This document shows positions 24,706 to 38,568 of a DNA stretch of 64,000 nucleotides, piece after piece; the stretch's first letter is position 1; each line of letters begins with the position of its first letter. The stretch is from Calcarisporiella thermophila CBS 279.70 (Eukaryota; Fungi; Calcarisporiellomycota), in the NCBI RefSeq assembly GCF_041956535.1, contig NW_027192223.1, positions 107,879 to 171,878 of the forward strand. Direction: 5' to 3'. Position numbers and translations under genes: made by a program. The notes below the pieces were generated by a model. That model did not search any database and was not told where the DNA came from. It was given only the letters and a program-made list of their open reading frames with translations.

Positions 24706-27351
24706 TTGTAGTGGACGAAGAGCAAACCAAAGAGATTCAACGGAGGAAAGAGTGATAGTGGAGGCTGCTCGGGAAATTAAGCGATAGCGGTCGGAAGGCT
24801 ACGTCGTGATATAATAAAGGAGAGTAAAGGAATAAAGAAACAAACAATTGGTATGATTTCCTAGCTAAGGACAAAAAAATATAGGAAATAAAAAAGAAAA
24901 CTCGCGATACCTAACGGTCGGAATATTTCCTGGCAAGTCGCGATTCGAACGCGTTACGCGTAAAGTACCAAAGAATTTTGAAACCCAGACGCCACTACAA
25001 ACAATTCCTGGATATTTCCTTAAATAGCCTCTACCCTTTTCTCTTTTGGTATGGTGCCCATAATGAAAGTATTAATAATTCTGCATCGCACCCTTTTAAC
25101 ATACATCTGGAGATTACTTTGCCTAACTTTGAGCATAAATTAAATCAAGTGAGCCTCAACAAGGACATCCAGGTCGCAGCTGGACCTTATGCTTCTCGTC
25201 TCACCTCAAAAGCTCAAGATAAATCGCAAAAATGCTTTGATTTGGAGGATATATAACCCTCACGTTATACTAGATAGAATAGACTTTAATCAGCTACTAT
25301 ATGCTCTGCTGGTGTCAGCCTCAGCTTCTTCAAGCAAATTGCCCAGTCTCACAACCAATTTTTCAAAAGCAAATTAATGTATATAAAGTCCCACAATTTT
25401 AAAATTACCCAGTGTAAATCGGGATAAAGAACAGGTGCGATTACCCGTTTAGCGCTCAAGCCTAGGTAGGCCGATCTCTGTCCAACGTGGTGCTTATACA
25501 CCAGATGCATACACAGAGCCGAGATTGCGTTGATTTCTCGTGGGAGCTACGCTGGGGCCCACTCGATCTTAAGCGATCATTATCTACGGCAACTCACTGA
25601 GGATAGATGCCTGACTTTTTGTTCAATGATATAACATCTAAATTTCTCTTTAAATTGCGTGTGCTCTTTCTTATATGAAACAGCTCTTTGCATCTATATT
25701 GCGATCTCCTAAGATGGCGATCTTCTCCGAGGCTCCTGCTTCTTTCAACTCTATCTTCTGCATCAATACAAGTTTGCTCTGGCTGCTTGTTTATGATACT
25801 TATTTCACCTTCAAGTACCTCAATTGTACTAATGATATCCAGGATATCCATAGAGCTATCCAGGGTACTAAAGGGGTTCCTCTTTTGACACATTTATAGC
25901 TCGGCTATTGGAGAAATTACATTCAATCCAATATTAAGTTCTCCAAAACTTCCAGCAATATAGAACGGCTTTGACTATGAATTTTTTTTAAGCGATACAT
26001 CCTCATCAATGTGTTCCATGTCTCGCAACACATTTTGTTAGTTTTCCAAATTGCATTAACCCTAAGCTGCCCACCAATCCATCGAAATTAATATTTTGAT
26101 ATCTTCAATCGATTCATTATGAATTCGCTAGGGGTCTTCGAGTATTCAATTCTACTGTTTAGACAAATCTGGAGACCTTATCCCGCTTATAAACACATTC
26201 GGCCACCTTCAATCGTAACCGGTTAAAATGCACTATGATTGTACTGGGTGAGTCTCCGATAAGAAGCGGAAATACCAACTGGTCCTATTTATGAATCACT
26301 GTGACGAACAAGGCAATCGACAAACAGACAATTACCTACACGATGTGGAGCTCAACTTCTTGGTTGCGGATAAATATTCTCTCCATCAAATGGCGTCTCT
26401 GATTCCCCTCTGATTACATTATCCACCCCTCATTTGCAATCAAGAACGAGATCCAACTGCTCAACAGCACGCGGTTTGCAATGTTTTTAACCTAAGCAGA
26501 AAATATGCACAGAGATTACGCAGGGGAAAGTAAAAGATATCAATTACAAGCCATTATTATCTTAGCGGAATTGCACTGCTATATTTTTAAAGATCTTGCG
26601 GTTCTACTCCTCCGTTCCTAAAATCCCCAAATGCTTCCTAGTGGAATTGCCGTCAAGATTGGCGATATCATTTTCTTTAGCTAGTTTGAAATGAGTAGAA
26701 GTACAGAAATATCAGTATCAGGTGTGGAGCGATAGTTTGAGCGTGCTGGAGAGGATAACAGTTTGAGCTCTAAAAAAGTGTCTCTGTTTGAGTATCCTGC
26801 ATCCCGAAATAAACGTTGAGCCTCGGACTTAAAAAAGCTATAGAAAGAAGATAAGTTTAGTGTCATCATGTCATTATGTTGACTTCAGTTTTAGTCTTGG
26901 CTAGACTCTGGCCATGATTATATCTCCCCTTTTCACCGCCCTGCTATTCAGGCGCTTTGAATTGAAGTTAGCCCTGTTTTCGAGATCGGGAAATTTTCGA
27001 CGGTGCTCCTCCATGGAGACTTGCTCGCCGCCCTTCGTGGGGTAGCAGGTTAATGAAACCTGGAGCTTCCCCAGATTAATTTTCCATACAGTGACTATTA
27101 TTGAATCCTTTCCAAACTCCTCTTAAAATTTATTAGTAAAGTCGTAATATTCCATATTAGTTAAGTGCACCTCCACACGCTAGCAAATATGGGCAATTAG
27201 TGTGTTATAAATCGCGGAAAAATTCCAAGCCATACATCCAATATCATGTGAGAAGCTCCAAAGCACACCAACTTGGCGAAAGTATAGTTTTTGATAAATA
27301 GAGCGGGGAAAGCTGGCATTAATAGGCAAACAAATTCACCTGTTAAAGCAT

Positions 27352-29310
27352 ATGGCAAAGCTGATTCCCATAGCTTTTGCGGCTGGTCTCTTGCTCCGCA
27401 TCCCAGGCGTTCCAGAACGCCTTGGAATCTCTAAATCGATGCTTCGTGTCTTCCAACGGCGGTTCAAAACATGGCACGCCGTCGCTCTCTACTTACTCTA
27501 TTTGGTCCTGAAATATCCAAACCGTGCCATTGGGACCCGAAAGGCAAAAGGCATTCCAGGGAAAGCTGGATATCCCCTTATAGGGAATTTCATTGCCATT
27601 TATAATGCCCGAGAACGAGTGTACGATGAGCTTATCGAAAACTGCGACAAGTATGGCCCAGTGATGACCTCCACTATTCCCTTCTTCCCAAGGATGATTA
27701 CTGCCAACGAGCCCGAGTTGGTTGAATATATACTAAAAAAGAACTTTGAGAATTATGAAAAGGGACCAGCATTTAGTTCGCGTTTGCATCCGCTTTTAGG
27801 AAACGGAATCTTTAATACGGTAATTGTTTGTTTTGTAACACGTTGTCATTCTTGCGATGCTGTTTCTCTAATCAATTTATAATCTCCAGGATGGAGAGCA
27901 CTGGCGTATGCAGCGGAAAGTCGTGTGTATTAGCTGTGATAATTTTTGGATGGAGATTCGGTTTCTCACAATTAAGTTCCTAATTATTATTTAGGCATCT
28001 CATATCTTCAATGTAAAAACATTTCGCGAGCTCATCACCGGGATTTTTTGCGATGAGAGTGCAAGAGTTGCCGCGATTCTAGAGAAGTATGCAGACACTG
28101 AGCAGGACCTGGATCTACGTGACATCTTCTTCCGGTTTACTCTGGATACCTTTGGAATTTTATCCTTCGGTACCCATTTCAATTGCCTCGATAACCCTGA
28201 TGATCCTGTGCCCTTTGCCGTTGCGTTTGACTACTTGCAGGGGGAAATGGATAGGCGCTTTACTGATGGGATGTTCCACATCACCGAGTTTCTGACCGGG
28301 AAGCGGTGGAAGATCGCGCGTGCTGTTAATTTAATGAATGAGTATGCATACAAGATCATCGGGGAACGCCGACAGGCGTTGGCAGAAGGCCGGACAACCC
28401 GAAACGGGAAAAGGGATCTGCTGGATCTCTTTATGGATTATCGGGATGAAAATGGGAATGGGCTTACGGATGTGGAGCTCCGTGATGTGGTCTTGAATTT
28501 CATTATAGCAGGTAAGACAATATTACTTAATTGTTTTTTTATTACCAGGACATGGCCCATCTGATCTTCCTAATATATCCTTCGGCTTTAATACAGGTCG
28601 GGATACAACCGCTCAGCAGTTATCGTGGCAATACCTCAGTATCATGAAGCTTCCTGAAATTCAACAAAAGATGCGCGACGAAATCTTGAAGGCCAATCCG
28701 GATGAGATGAGCTATGATGTATTACGAAAATTGCACTACTGCAACGCGGTATTCAATGAAACTCTGCGCCTTTTCCCTCCCGTTCCGAAAAACGGAAAGA
28801 TAGCGGTTGGGGACGACGTATTCCCGGATGGGACTCAGGTGCGAAAAGGCGATTTCGTTGTCTTCAGCGCTTACGTGATGGGACGGAGTACCAAGGTGTG
28901 GGGCGAGGATGCTAAAGAATATCGACCTGAGCGATGGTTCGAAAGAAACGCAGAGGGTCAGGTGGTTGGCGTGAAAAAGGAGACCCAGGGCAAATTCTCT
29001 TCGTTTCATGTAGGACCTCGCACATGGTATGATGGATCTTTTGGCAGCTAGTCGGCTTGCTTTGGGTAGCCCACAATGCTTACATTTTGCTCTTGTTTTC
29101 TTGTTTCTTTTACTCCATAGCTTGGGACAGACATTCGCGACGCTCGAATCCCTCCTGATTACGACGAAGCTTCTTAGCAAGTTCGAGTTCGAATTGTCGC
29201 CACGCTTCATTGAACAGGAGAAGAAGGCCTCCGAGCCCCTCTATGGGATTTCGCTGACTCTACCCATGCGGCGGCCATTGTGGGTGCGGATCAAACGCCT
29301 TAAGCATTAG
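27352..29310 (+). CDS. Cytochrome P450, CYP52/CYP86/CYP704-like (putative fatty-acid hydroxylase), multi-exon
   Basis: LLGNGIFNT|DGEHWRMQRK, I-helix NFIIA|GRDTTA, ETLR, PERW, and heme motif FHVGPRT|CLG split by an intron. Confidence 0.92.
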
Positions 29311-29943
29311 AACATAATCAACCGGCAAATTCTATATATAAATTCTATATATAATCCTCCCCATTTCCATTTCCATTATCTAGTGTATTTTCAAGATTGT
29401 ATTGGCACAAGCGTACTACTAGGATTTTATATTTTTATTTATTTCTCGTTCGCCCGCCGAATTTTGTTTGGATACTATTGTCCTTTCGAACAAGAATCTT
29501 TGCTAAGCACGGCTCGTACCACCGCCCTTGCCTAAAACGTCCCGAACTTCATATTGGGGTTCAACAAATCGGATTCCGTTAATCATCAGCCCATATTAGG
29601 CAACAGCTCCAGATCACAACAGACCAGGAAATGGGCTTCGAGGATTACAGACCCTCGGGGGGAAGTTACATATGCACGAGTGACTAACGGGTGGAGCCTC
29701 GATTCAAACAAAGCGCTCTAAGAGCTCTGTTTCTGCTTCTCTTGCTCTCATTTGCATTTCTTTTCATCTCCCATCCCTACCATGTATTAATTTCACTTTT
29801 GTGTGTTTCGGTTCATTGTGGATACATTCATTTGTTCATTCATCATTCACTCATTCAATCACTCATTCTTCATCCCCTCATACATATACTCCCTTCTCAT
29901 TCTTGACTCCGGTCTATTCTATACCTAGGCGCATACATTGACT

Positions 29944-32900
29944 ATGTACACCCCGCGCGAATCTCGCGCAAGATCCTTCTCCTATACCAACTACGGGAGG
30001 CAAATTGTCACCGAACATGACTACACCGAAGGAAAAATACTCCCTAGGCCATTCTACCGGCGCAAACGCTACTGGATTATTTGTGTTGTCTTATCTCTGG
30101 TGCTTACCGGGATCTTTGTCCCTCTCGGCATCTTTGTGTTCTTCCCTATGATTGCACAGGTAGTCACCAACGCTGCCACATTCGAGATTCAGGGTGGTAA
30201 TATCACGGGGGCAACCCAGGATAGCTTTGCGATGAGTTTATCGGCAAAACTGGGAAATACAGGTAAACATTGCATTCACCAAGGAATCCCCACCTTCCTG
30301 ACTCACCATCTCTCTGACTGCTGTATAGGTCCGATAGCCGCAAATATAGAATTTACTGAGCCAGTCAAGATATCATGGGAGGTAAGTGGACGAATACTCC
30401 TAGGATAATGTATAGATTTAAGGAATCAGCTGAGCTAATCCAATCTGAAAAATAACAGGGGACTCCTCTTGGCGAAATGCCTCCTCTCCCTCCGATCGAC
30501 GTCTCCCCTAGTGGGGCAGAAGTTAAAACCGATGGCCAGTTCCAGATCACGGATATCCCTGCCTTTACCAAATTCGCACAGAATATGGTGGTCACTGACG
30601 AATTCGTCTGGCGCATTTCCACGGTGGCCAAGATCCACACTCTCGGCCTGACGGCGATGAATCTCAAGCTTGACAAGGATGTTAAAATCAAAGGTTTTGG
30701 TGGTCTGCGCGATGTCACCGTCACGAAATTCGATCTGCCGGGAGACGATCCCGCCGGAGGAATCAAGATGGTGGTGGCTGCGACCCTACGCAACCCTTCT
30801 CCAATTGGGTTCCAGCTAGGAACGGTTAACTTCAACATCACCTATAAATCTACCATTATGGGCCCCGCGCTACTCACCGATGCATTTATCGTTCCGGGGG
30901 ACACTTCGCTGCAGATGAATGGTCGACTGATCCCCCACTCGAATCCACAGGAACTTGAGCAAGTCTCGGAGCTGATCAGTATGTATGCAGCGGGGAAACG
31001 TGCGGTCGCAGAAGCACAGGCGGTCGCCGTCTTACCAGACGGAAAGACTCAGGTTGGATGGTTGACCGAAGGGCTCAAAACCGTGAAGCTTTCCGTTGGA
31101 CTACAGGCCCCCGCCCCACTCGACATCATTCGCAATATCTCCATTGGCGATATGGCGTTGGCATTCAACCCTGCGCAACCCTACTCACCCACGACGAGCA
31201 CAAACTCGGTCAAAGCCACTATAAAGCAACCTTTCGGATTCTCCTTCAAAGTCCTAGCGGTGAAGCAGAATATGACCATCATGGATCCGGCCGCGGAATC
31301 CACCGGCCTCGCCACGATCAGCAGTGACTGGAGCAAGGTGAACACGGAGCCAAATGGCGGTGTGCAAATCAATATCAACAACGCTCCAACACGGGTCGCC
31401 AGTGGCCAAGAGAAGGAGTTCTCCTATTTTGTCTCGAATCTGACCAACGGCGAATCGAGCCGTTTCCGACTCGTTGGAAACGCTACAGGTCAAGCAATGA
31501 CCCCCATTGGAAGCGTGACTCTGTATGATCTCCCACTCTCGACCAATCTAACCATGACCGGCCTGCGCGGTCTCTCCGACCCTCCGCCAAAGATTTTGTC
31601 GGTGGACCTGGCGGGTGGGACCAAGGACGGACTCGATCTAGTCATTAACACGGTGATGGTCAATCCGAGCAATGTTAAGGTGGCCACCGGTAGCGATGTG
31701 CAATTCAAGTTGAACTTTGCTGGCGCCGACATTGGAACCGTGACGATTCCCAACTTGGTGCTTGACCGAGGAGAGAATAACATCAAAGCAACTGCAAAGT
31801 TCAACCCGAACACATCGCCTCAAGCGAAAGAGTTGTTGGAATCATTTTTGGGCGGAAAGAGTGCACAGGTCACCATCAGCGGCACTCAAAAATCGAGTGC
31901 GATTGAGCCCTTAAATTTGGGACTTTCCAAGATTACCATCAAAGCGACCATGCCCGGATTGGCGGCTGCGATGGCGTCCACGTTTGGCAACCTCCCCAAT
32001 ACTGGGACAACAGGAGCTGGCCCTGCAGGAAACGGAGGTACAGGAGCTGGTGCAACTGGAAACGGAGCGCCAGGGGCAAGGGCCGCTCGTGTTAAGTCCC
32101 TTAAGTCGTCTGCCAACCTTCAAGCCCCTGATGGTTCAGAAGGCGCACCCAATGCCGGTGAAGATGCAGGAAAGCAACCCTCCGCTAATCCCGGGAATCA
32201 GCCTCAGAATCCGAGTGGGAACGTTGGTCTTATTACGTCTACTGCACTTTTCGTGCTTCCTTCAACGCTGAACGATAACATCGCCGAAACAACCTTTACT
32301 ATCATGAATCCGTTTAGCACCATGATTGAAGTTCGAAGAATGCAGGGCAAGATCAACTTCCACGACATGGAACTCCTGACGTTGGATGTAGACCGAAGCA
32401 ATGATCCGATCAAGATTCCAGGGCGAACCAACTTTACAAGCCCAAGACTCCCCATTAAACTGGGGCTTTTGAATGACAAGAGGAAATTGATTCAAATGAT
32501 CAATCTTGCCGCGGCAGATAGTAATATCGACATCACGCCACTCAAGCCCCTATTGGATCTTGCGTTGGCAGAAGATGGGGGCAACGGTGGTAATGGCAAT
32601 GGCAACGCTAACTCCGGAGGAAACAACGAGGCGAGTGGACAAGCACCGAGCTCTAATCCGAATACTGGCAACGAAGGTAACAGCTCTAATCAAGGTGAGA
32701 AAGTTGAAAGCCAAGGTAATCGTAAAGCCAATGGGGGCGGCAAAAAGTCGCGTGGTAAGAAAGCTCGAACTTCTGGCACCAGAAAACCAGGCCTTGAGCG
32801 CCGTGCCGCGAAGAAAAAATCTGCAAAGAAAGCTACTGCTGTCAATGACCAGACTGCTCAGCCCGCTCAGGAGCAACAGCAACAGCAGCAACAGCAGCAA

Positions 32901-35482
32901 CAACAGCAACAGCAACAGCAGCAACAGCAGCAACAACAGCAACAGCAACAGGAGCCGCAGCAACAGCCACAACAGCAGTCACAACAAGAGCAACAGCAGT
33001 CACAACAGCAACCACAACAGCCACAAGGCAGTGGAACTGGCACTGGTAACAATATCAACATTAACGACATTGTGCTTCGGGCACTTTCTGGACTTCGTGT
33101 CGATGCTGATGTGACCGCCGAGGCCCGTGTGGGCGACTTCGATTTCCCGCTACACATGGCTCAGCGAGCTGTGCCTGTCCAAACTGATCAATCCGCCACA
33201 CTCCTCATTCAAGCCGTAGGTGCCCCTATCGTGAAAAAGATCATTGACACAGCAACGTTCTCCGTTGATCGTACCAGCATTTCCGAAGCACAACCAGACT
33301 CCTTCACCTTGGGTCTGGTCGGTTCCGTGGGGAATACTGGACCGCTTCCAGCCACCATTCGTACTGTGGCCCCCATTGTTGTCTTCACTGGAGGTAAGCG
33401 GCTTGGCGAGTTCTTCTTGCCGCCACTCCAGGCCACCCCGGAGAAGGGTGCCCAAATCGATACTAGCCAGCAGTTCCGCATCACCGATCTGGACTCCTTT
33501 TCTCAGTTTGCTGGTGAAATGATCCAGTCGGAATCCTTCGTCTGGGATATTACCTGCGACAACTTGCAGATAGATGCATTGGGTGCCAAATTCGATAACG
33601 TGACCCTGAAGAAACAGCTCTCTCTCAAAGGTAAATGATTATAGAGTCGCGCATATCCCGTTGACTTTAACTCATCTCTCCAAATCTTTTTTTCAACTAC
33701 AAAGGATTCAACGGCCTTAAGGGCATCAAAGTGGATAAATTTGACTTGCCTAGCGAGGCTGAGGGCGGAGGCATTGCTTTGAAGGTGGGTTGATTCTTTC
33801 AGACGAGCGCCAACACGTTGCGCTTAATAACTTCGGGGAAATTTTAACCCCTATTTTTGACTATCTAGATTGACGCCTCGATCGAGAATCCTTCCAACAT
33901 CGGCATCGATATGGGAGCATTGAAACTCAATGCATTCTTCAACGGCACTTTGGTCGGGACAACCACCAGTTCAAACACATCCATTGCCCCATCTTCATCA
34001 GCTCAGCTCTCGCTCGAAGGAAAACTGCTGGTGCCAGAGAATCAAGAGGATAAGGCGGTTGTCACGGAGATGTTCAACAACGTGCTTCAGGGCAAGCCAA
34101 CCAGCCTTGTCGTTCAAGGAGTCTCAGTCGAGCCTCCGGGGGCCAAGGGCGAAGTAACTTGGCTCAATGCAGCGGTGAAACAACTGAAAAACACGGTCGA
34201 AATTCCTTCCGTTATCAATGCCACCGACCTTATTCGCTCTTTGAACCTTAAGACGATGGATCTAGTCTTCCGTCAGAAGAGCCCCTTCGCTCCCCTTGCA
34301 AGCACGGACTCTGTCACGGCGAACTTCCAGATTCCCTTCGGGTTTAATGTAGATGTGAAGGAGGTGACGCAGCGAATTCGCATTGCCGTCGGTGGCACAG
34401 ATGTGGCCACTCTACGCCCCCCTAAGGGCACGGTGAAGACGGTTGGAAAGAACAAAATAGACGCCTCGTTCAAGAATGTGCCCCTTCGGGTTCTCGATGA
34501 CCAGCATGAGACATTCAGCAACTTTGTTAGGGATATGACGTTAAAGGCAGCAAAAAAGATTCAACTAAAGGGTGATGTGGATGTAGTCGCTGGGACGCCC
34601 CTCGGGGACGTGCCATTGAAAGGCTTACCCTTCAATCAAGAGATCGAACTCAAGGGAATTAATGGGCTGAAAGATCAACCGGTCAAGGTGAACAAGGTGG
34701 CGGTCACGGGAGGGACCAAAGATGCCATCCTGATCGACATGCAGTTTACGATGAACAACCCGTCGGATATTGCAATTGCAATTGGCCCCGTCAGTTTGCC
34801 CGTGAGCTTTGGCGACGCAGTGGTAGGGCAAGCCGTCATTAAAAATCTGGCCCTCGATCGCGGAGAGAACACGGTCAACGGACAGTTCCAGTTTAGCCCG
34901 CAGGGGGAGGCGGCCAAACAGGGGACCGAGCTACTGCAGCGGTTTGTACAGGGACAAGCTATTCCGCTGCAGATTGGAGGCAATAAGGACTCCACGGAGA
35001 TTGAGCCCCTACAGTCTGCACTTGCTGGCCTCCAGTTGGCAAGCACGGTTCAAAGCCAGAAATTGACCCTGATGTCAGACGGGGTTGTCCAGGCCGGATT
35101 AAGTTCCCTTGGGAGCAAGACCGCTCGTGCTCAGGTCGTGGTCCACAACGACTTTGATGCACCGTTCACGATTATGTCGCTACAAGGGCGCTTTTTCAAC
35201 GGCAACCAAGTGATCAGCACCATCAACACGCAGCTCAACCCTCCCTTTACCGTCCCGCCGCGCTCCAGCCAGAAGACTCCTTTCTTGCCTGTGAAGCTTG
35301 CCGGCAATGCTTTGGACCTGGGTGGTCTACTGCTTCGAAACCTCAATGGTCTTGACGCCACCGTGGAAATCGAGCCACAGATATTGATAGGCGATTTCGC
35401 TACCACGCTACCCATCCGCGACAAATTGCGTGTTAAATTCGATCTACTAAGTAACCCCCTAGGGGTCGGATTGAACAATTAA
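29944..35482 (+). CDS. Large type-II membrane protein with repeated DUF3712 (Tag1-like) domains
   Basis: RPFYRRKRYW followed by one TM helix. Repeated beta-rich units (NPS..I..G.V.F; L.RGEN; LxGxNGL). Low-complexity and polyQ inserts. Four short introns. Confidence 0.8.
32874..33026 (+). repeat. Coding CAG/CAA repeat (polyQ)
   Basis: Direct reading within the DUF3712 gene. Confidence 0.95.
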
Positions 35483-36090
35483 ATCTGATTGTGTTTCTTA
35501 TATCTTGTTTTAATTTCGCTTCATTTGCTATGCATATTGTTTTGTTTTCGCCATTTCATTTGAGCCCTTTATTTTTTCCTTCTTCATTGTTTTATAAAAG
35601 CATCCTGGGAATTTAATATTTATTGGCATGGTTAGCTTTCTTTTATTATTCTTAAAGTGCAATCACCTTAACTTGGTGCAGTGTTGTATGTTAAAATAGT
35701 GTATTCCCTTTTCACTTTGCTATTTCCATTTTTTAAAATATAATCTATTGAGCTCAATGTGTAGAGGTGCGAATTTGGAGCTGCCACGAACAATAGGACC
35801 ATTGTTCAATGCCCCCCCCCCCCCTCCAGAATGTGGCTAAATAAACATGGCATAGGTATTCAAGATATATATATTTGATTTGAAGAAAGGAAGAAAATAA
35901 AAAAAAAATAGGTAACAGAGGAAAACAATAAATTTGTAGCGAATTATAAAGAGTCTTCAATAAACCTTTCCTTCCTTCCTCATCTACCCCATTTTGATAA
36001 ATTTACACACGAACACAACACACAGTGGATTCTCTCATTTGGTCTATTCAGTTGAACGGAACACGTAGAATATGAAGCAGAGACATGCGC

Positions 36091-37131
36091 TTATCTGTTA
36101 CGCGGTCTTACTACCATCTTATTGGGCGTGGTACGTGTCTTCTTCCCCTTGGTTAACCAACCCCATGGACTCCGGGGGTGTTTGTTACTCTTACTCTTAC
36201 CACGTCCACCACCGTGTGGATGATCGACGGAGTTCTGCGCGACACCACGAACCGTCGGCCGGATGCCCATCCAGCGTTTGCGCCCTGCTTTTCCAAGCGA
36301 CTCGTGCTGATGATCCGGATTCGAGACGACGCCGAGGGTCGCGCATGCGTCTACCGGGACCCGCCGCACCTCGCCCGAGCACAATCGCACCAGGGCATGA
36401 CCTTTCTCACCGGTCTGCACCACCTGAGCGCTTGTTCCCGCTGAACGCACCATCACGGCGGGGCCGTGCGGGCGCAGTCCGATGCAGTGGACAATACTTC
36501 CAACTGGAATCATGCGCAAGGGCATGCAATTTCCCCGCTCAAAGCTCACGCGAGTGACATCCCGCGTCTGTGATGCGCCACAGTAGGATTCGACCACATC
36601 CCCAGGCTTCGACCCATGCGGGGCCAAAATGTACGAGAGGCCACCGTTTTCTTTGTGTCGCAGAAGGGCGAGGTGGGCAGTACGGTTGGGATCGTATTCA
36701 AGGCGAACGATTTCGTGTGGCCCAGGCGTGTGCCGCCGCCAGTCGATGAGGCGCAGACGGCGACGATGGCCACCTCCACGATGACGCACTGTGATCCGAC
36801 CGTGGTGATTCCGCCCACCCGTTTTGCGGAGGGCTACTGTTAGTTTGCGGATCGGCTTTCCTTTCCACAGGTGGTCACGTCGTGCCCTGCGAAGCCAACG
36901 TTTGCTCGGTGTCGTGGGCTTTTTTGTCTTGAACTGGCCGCGGTCTGTGGCATAGAATTTCGGGAGACCAAATGCGGGAGTTTGTGAAGGAAAGAGGGGC
37001 CGAAGGGGAGGTGCTATAGCTTTAATCGGTTGCGCAAGTCGCACTGATCCTAAGAGCCGTGGTAGTGGAGAATGTATCAGGGAAAAGGGAGTTCTTGCAA
37101 GAGCTAGTCTCAGCATCGTTGAGCTAAACAT
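36091..37131 (-). CDS. RML2: Mitochondrial ribosomal protein uL2m
   Basis: Basic presequence, GGRNHHGRITVRHRGGGH, EYDPNRTAHLAL and RPTVRGVAQNSVDHPHGGG. Intronless. Confidence 0.95.
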   Translation of the reverse strand: MFSSTMLRLALARTPFSLIHSPLPRLLGSVRLAQPIKAIAPPLRPLFPSQTPAFGLPKFYATDRGQFKTKKPTTPSKRWLRRARRDHLWKGKPIRKLTVALRKTGGRNHHGRITVRHRGGGHRRRLRLIDWRRHTPGPHEIVRLEYDPNRTAHLALLRHKENGGLSYILAPHGSKPGDVVESYCGASQTRDVTRVSFERGNCMPLRMIPVGSIVHCIGLRPHGPAVMVRSAGTSAQVVQTGEKGHALVRLCSGEVRRVPVDACATLGVVSNPDHQHESLGKAGRKRWMGIRPTVRGVAQNSVDHPHGGGRGKSKSNKHPRSPWGWLTKGKKTRTTPNKMVVRPRNR

Positions 37132-38487
37132 TCTTGATCATAATAAGAGCGATGAGAATACCCCTCCCTTGCTTCTCTCTCCTCGCCTCTCTCCGTGCGA
37201 GTTTTGTTGACGGTTTGAAATTTGGCGCAGTTCCTAATGATCTCTATGAAAATGTGACTATTTACCTTGTGGATTGAATTGAAGTGATCCTACTCCAAGC
37301 CACGGAACGATTACTGTGTGGTATCCTCTAGGGATCGTTCATCAATGGGCCGGTTTCCTTGTCTACATCCCAAATGGGGGGAAAGGATATGGTTCTCGCT
37401 ACCTGTATAGGCTCGGATGACTATATGCATATTGCGACATCAATGTTGCAAAAATTATTCTCGTCCTATTTCGAGTTGACCGAAAGGTTTATCAGGATCT
37501 TATTGAGCTATTTAGGATGAAGGTACGGATGAAAATAATATTGTGATATAGTGTAAGAACACGCATTATATCAGATACTTCTATTGCTGTGGATACTTTA
37601 TGTAAGATTATGCCATTATAACCCCTCCCCCCCGATCCTCTAGGAGCTTTATAAAATCCAAGTGGAAGATTCCAATTTCTGATCAGGATATACCGGGAAA
37701 TAGGTTCTAAAGAATCAAATATTCATAATCCTCTGCATCCTATCAATATCCCCCTAAATAATAAAATATACAAAATGATTATCTTCGAAATTATTTTGAC
37801 CCTTCGACTGCTTTTATACCTTTGAATTTATTACAGGTTATATACCAAGCTCTGCTAGATCGCAATACAAATATCACTTATTAATGAGGATATACTGTGA
37901 AAATACTTCGCTTGTGAGAATTTTCTAGCAAAATGTTTTAAATGGCACGATTTCTTCGGTTATTTGATATAACAGCTCTAATATCAATAGCACATTGAAT
38001 AGAAACCGAAAGCGACTAAATTGTAGACAATAAATTTGGCCGTCTGCAATGCGTTTCTATTTGCGATCCAGCAGTGAGAGTTAACAGTAAGATAAAAAAA
38101 ATTGATAAGCTGCAGATTTGAGCATTGTGCTGTTTACATGTTAGCCCCTACTTCTTTCTCTTATCTAACTTCGTTGTACTTGGAAAATTTGTGTTAGGAT
38201 CGATATGCAAGATCTTTTATTGGTGTTTTGTGATGTTTTGCATTTCCAGCATTGCTTCTTCAAGATCAGGGTTCTAGTTTACCTTTATTTCTATAATAAC
38301 CATGCCCAATTTGAACTCCCAAATAAATGTTATGCATGTATATTGAAATTCGCATTTGCCCACATCCTTTGAATTAATACCTGTTTCAACCAATGTCGCA
38401 TCATCCAAACAGAAGTTCATATATGGATTTATATTCATTGCGTGAAATTGAGGCTGATAATCAAACCGGTAACACTGCCACAAAACG

Positions 38488-38495
38488 TATATAAG
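38488..38495 (+). promoter_or_regulatory. TATA box of the GH25 gene
   Basis: TATATAAG ~75 nt upstream of the ATG. The identical octamer occurs at 42182-42189 upstream of PHO89. Confidence 0.45.
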
Positions 38496-38568
38496 TAGGT
38501 TTAAACACTGGGTAGTTTGCTACAAGCACACGAATTGCTCCCCATTACCACGCAATTAGTTTATAAGC

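Noticed and set aside
32550-33157. Poly-Cys, poly-Leu and poly-Ala/Val ORFs on the minus strand
   Set aside because: Antisense shadows of the CAG/CAA polyQ repeat.
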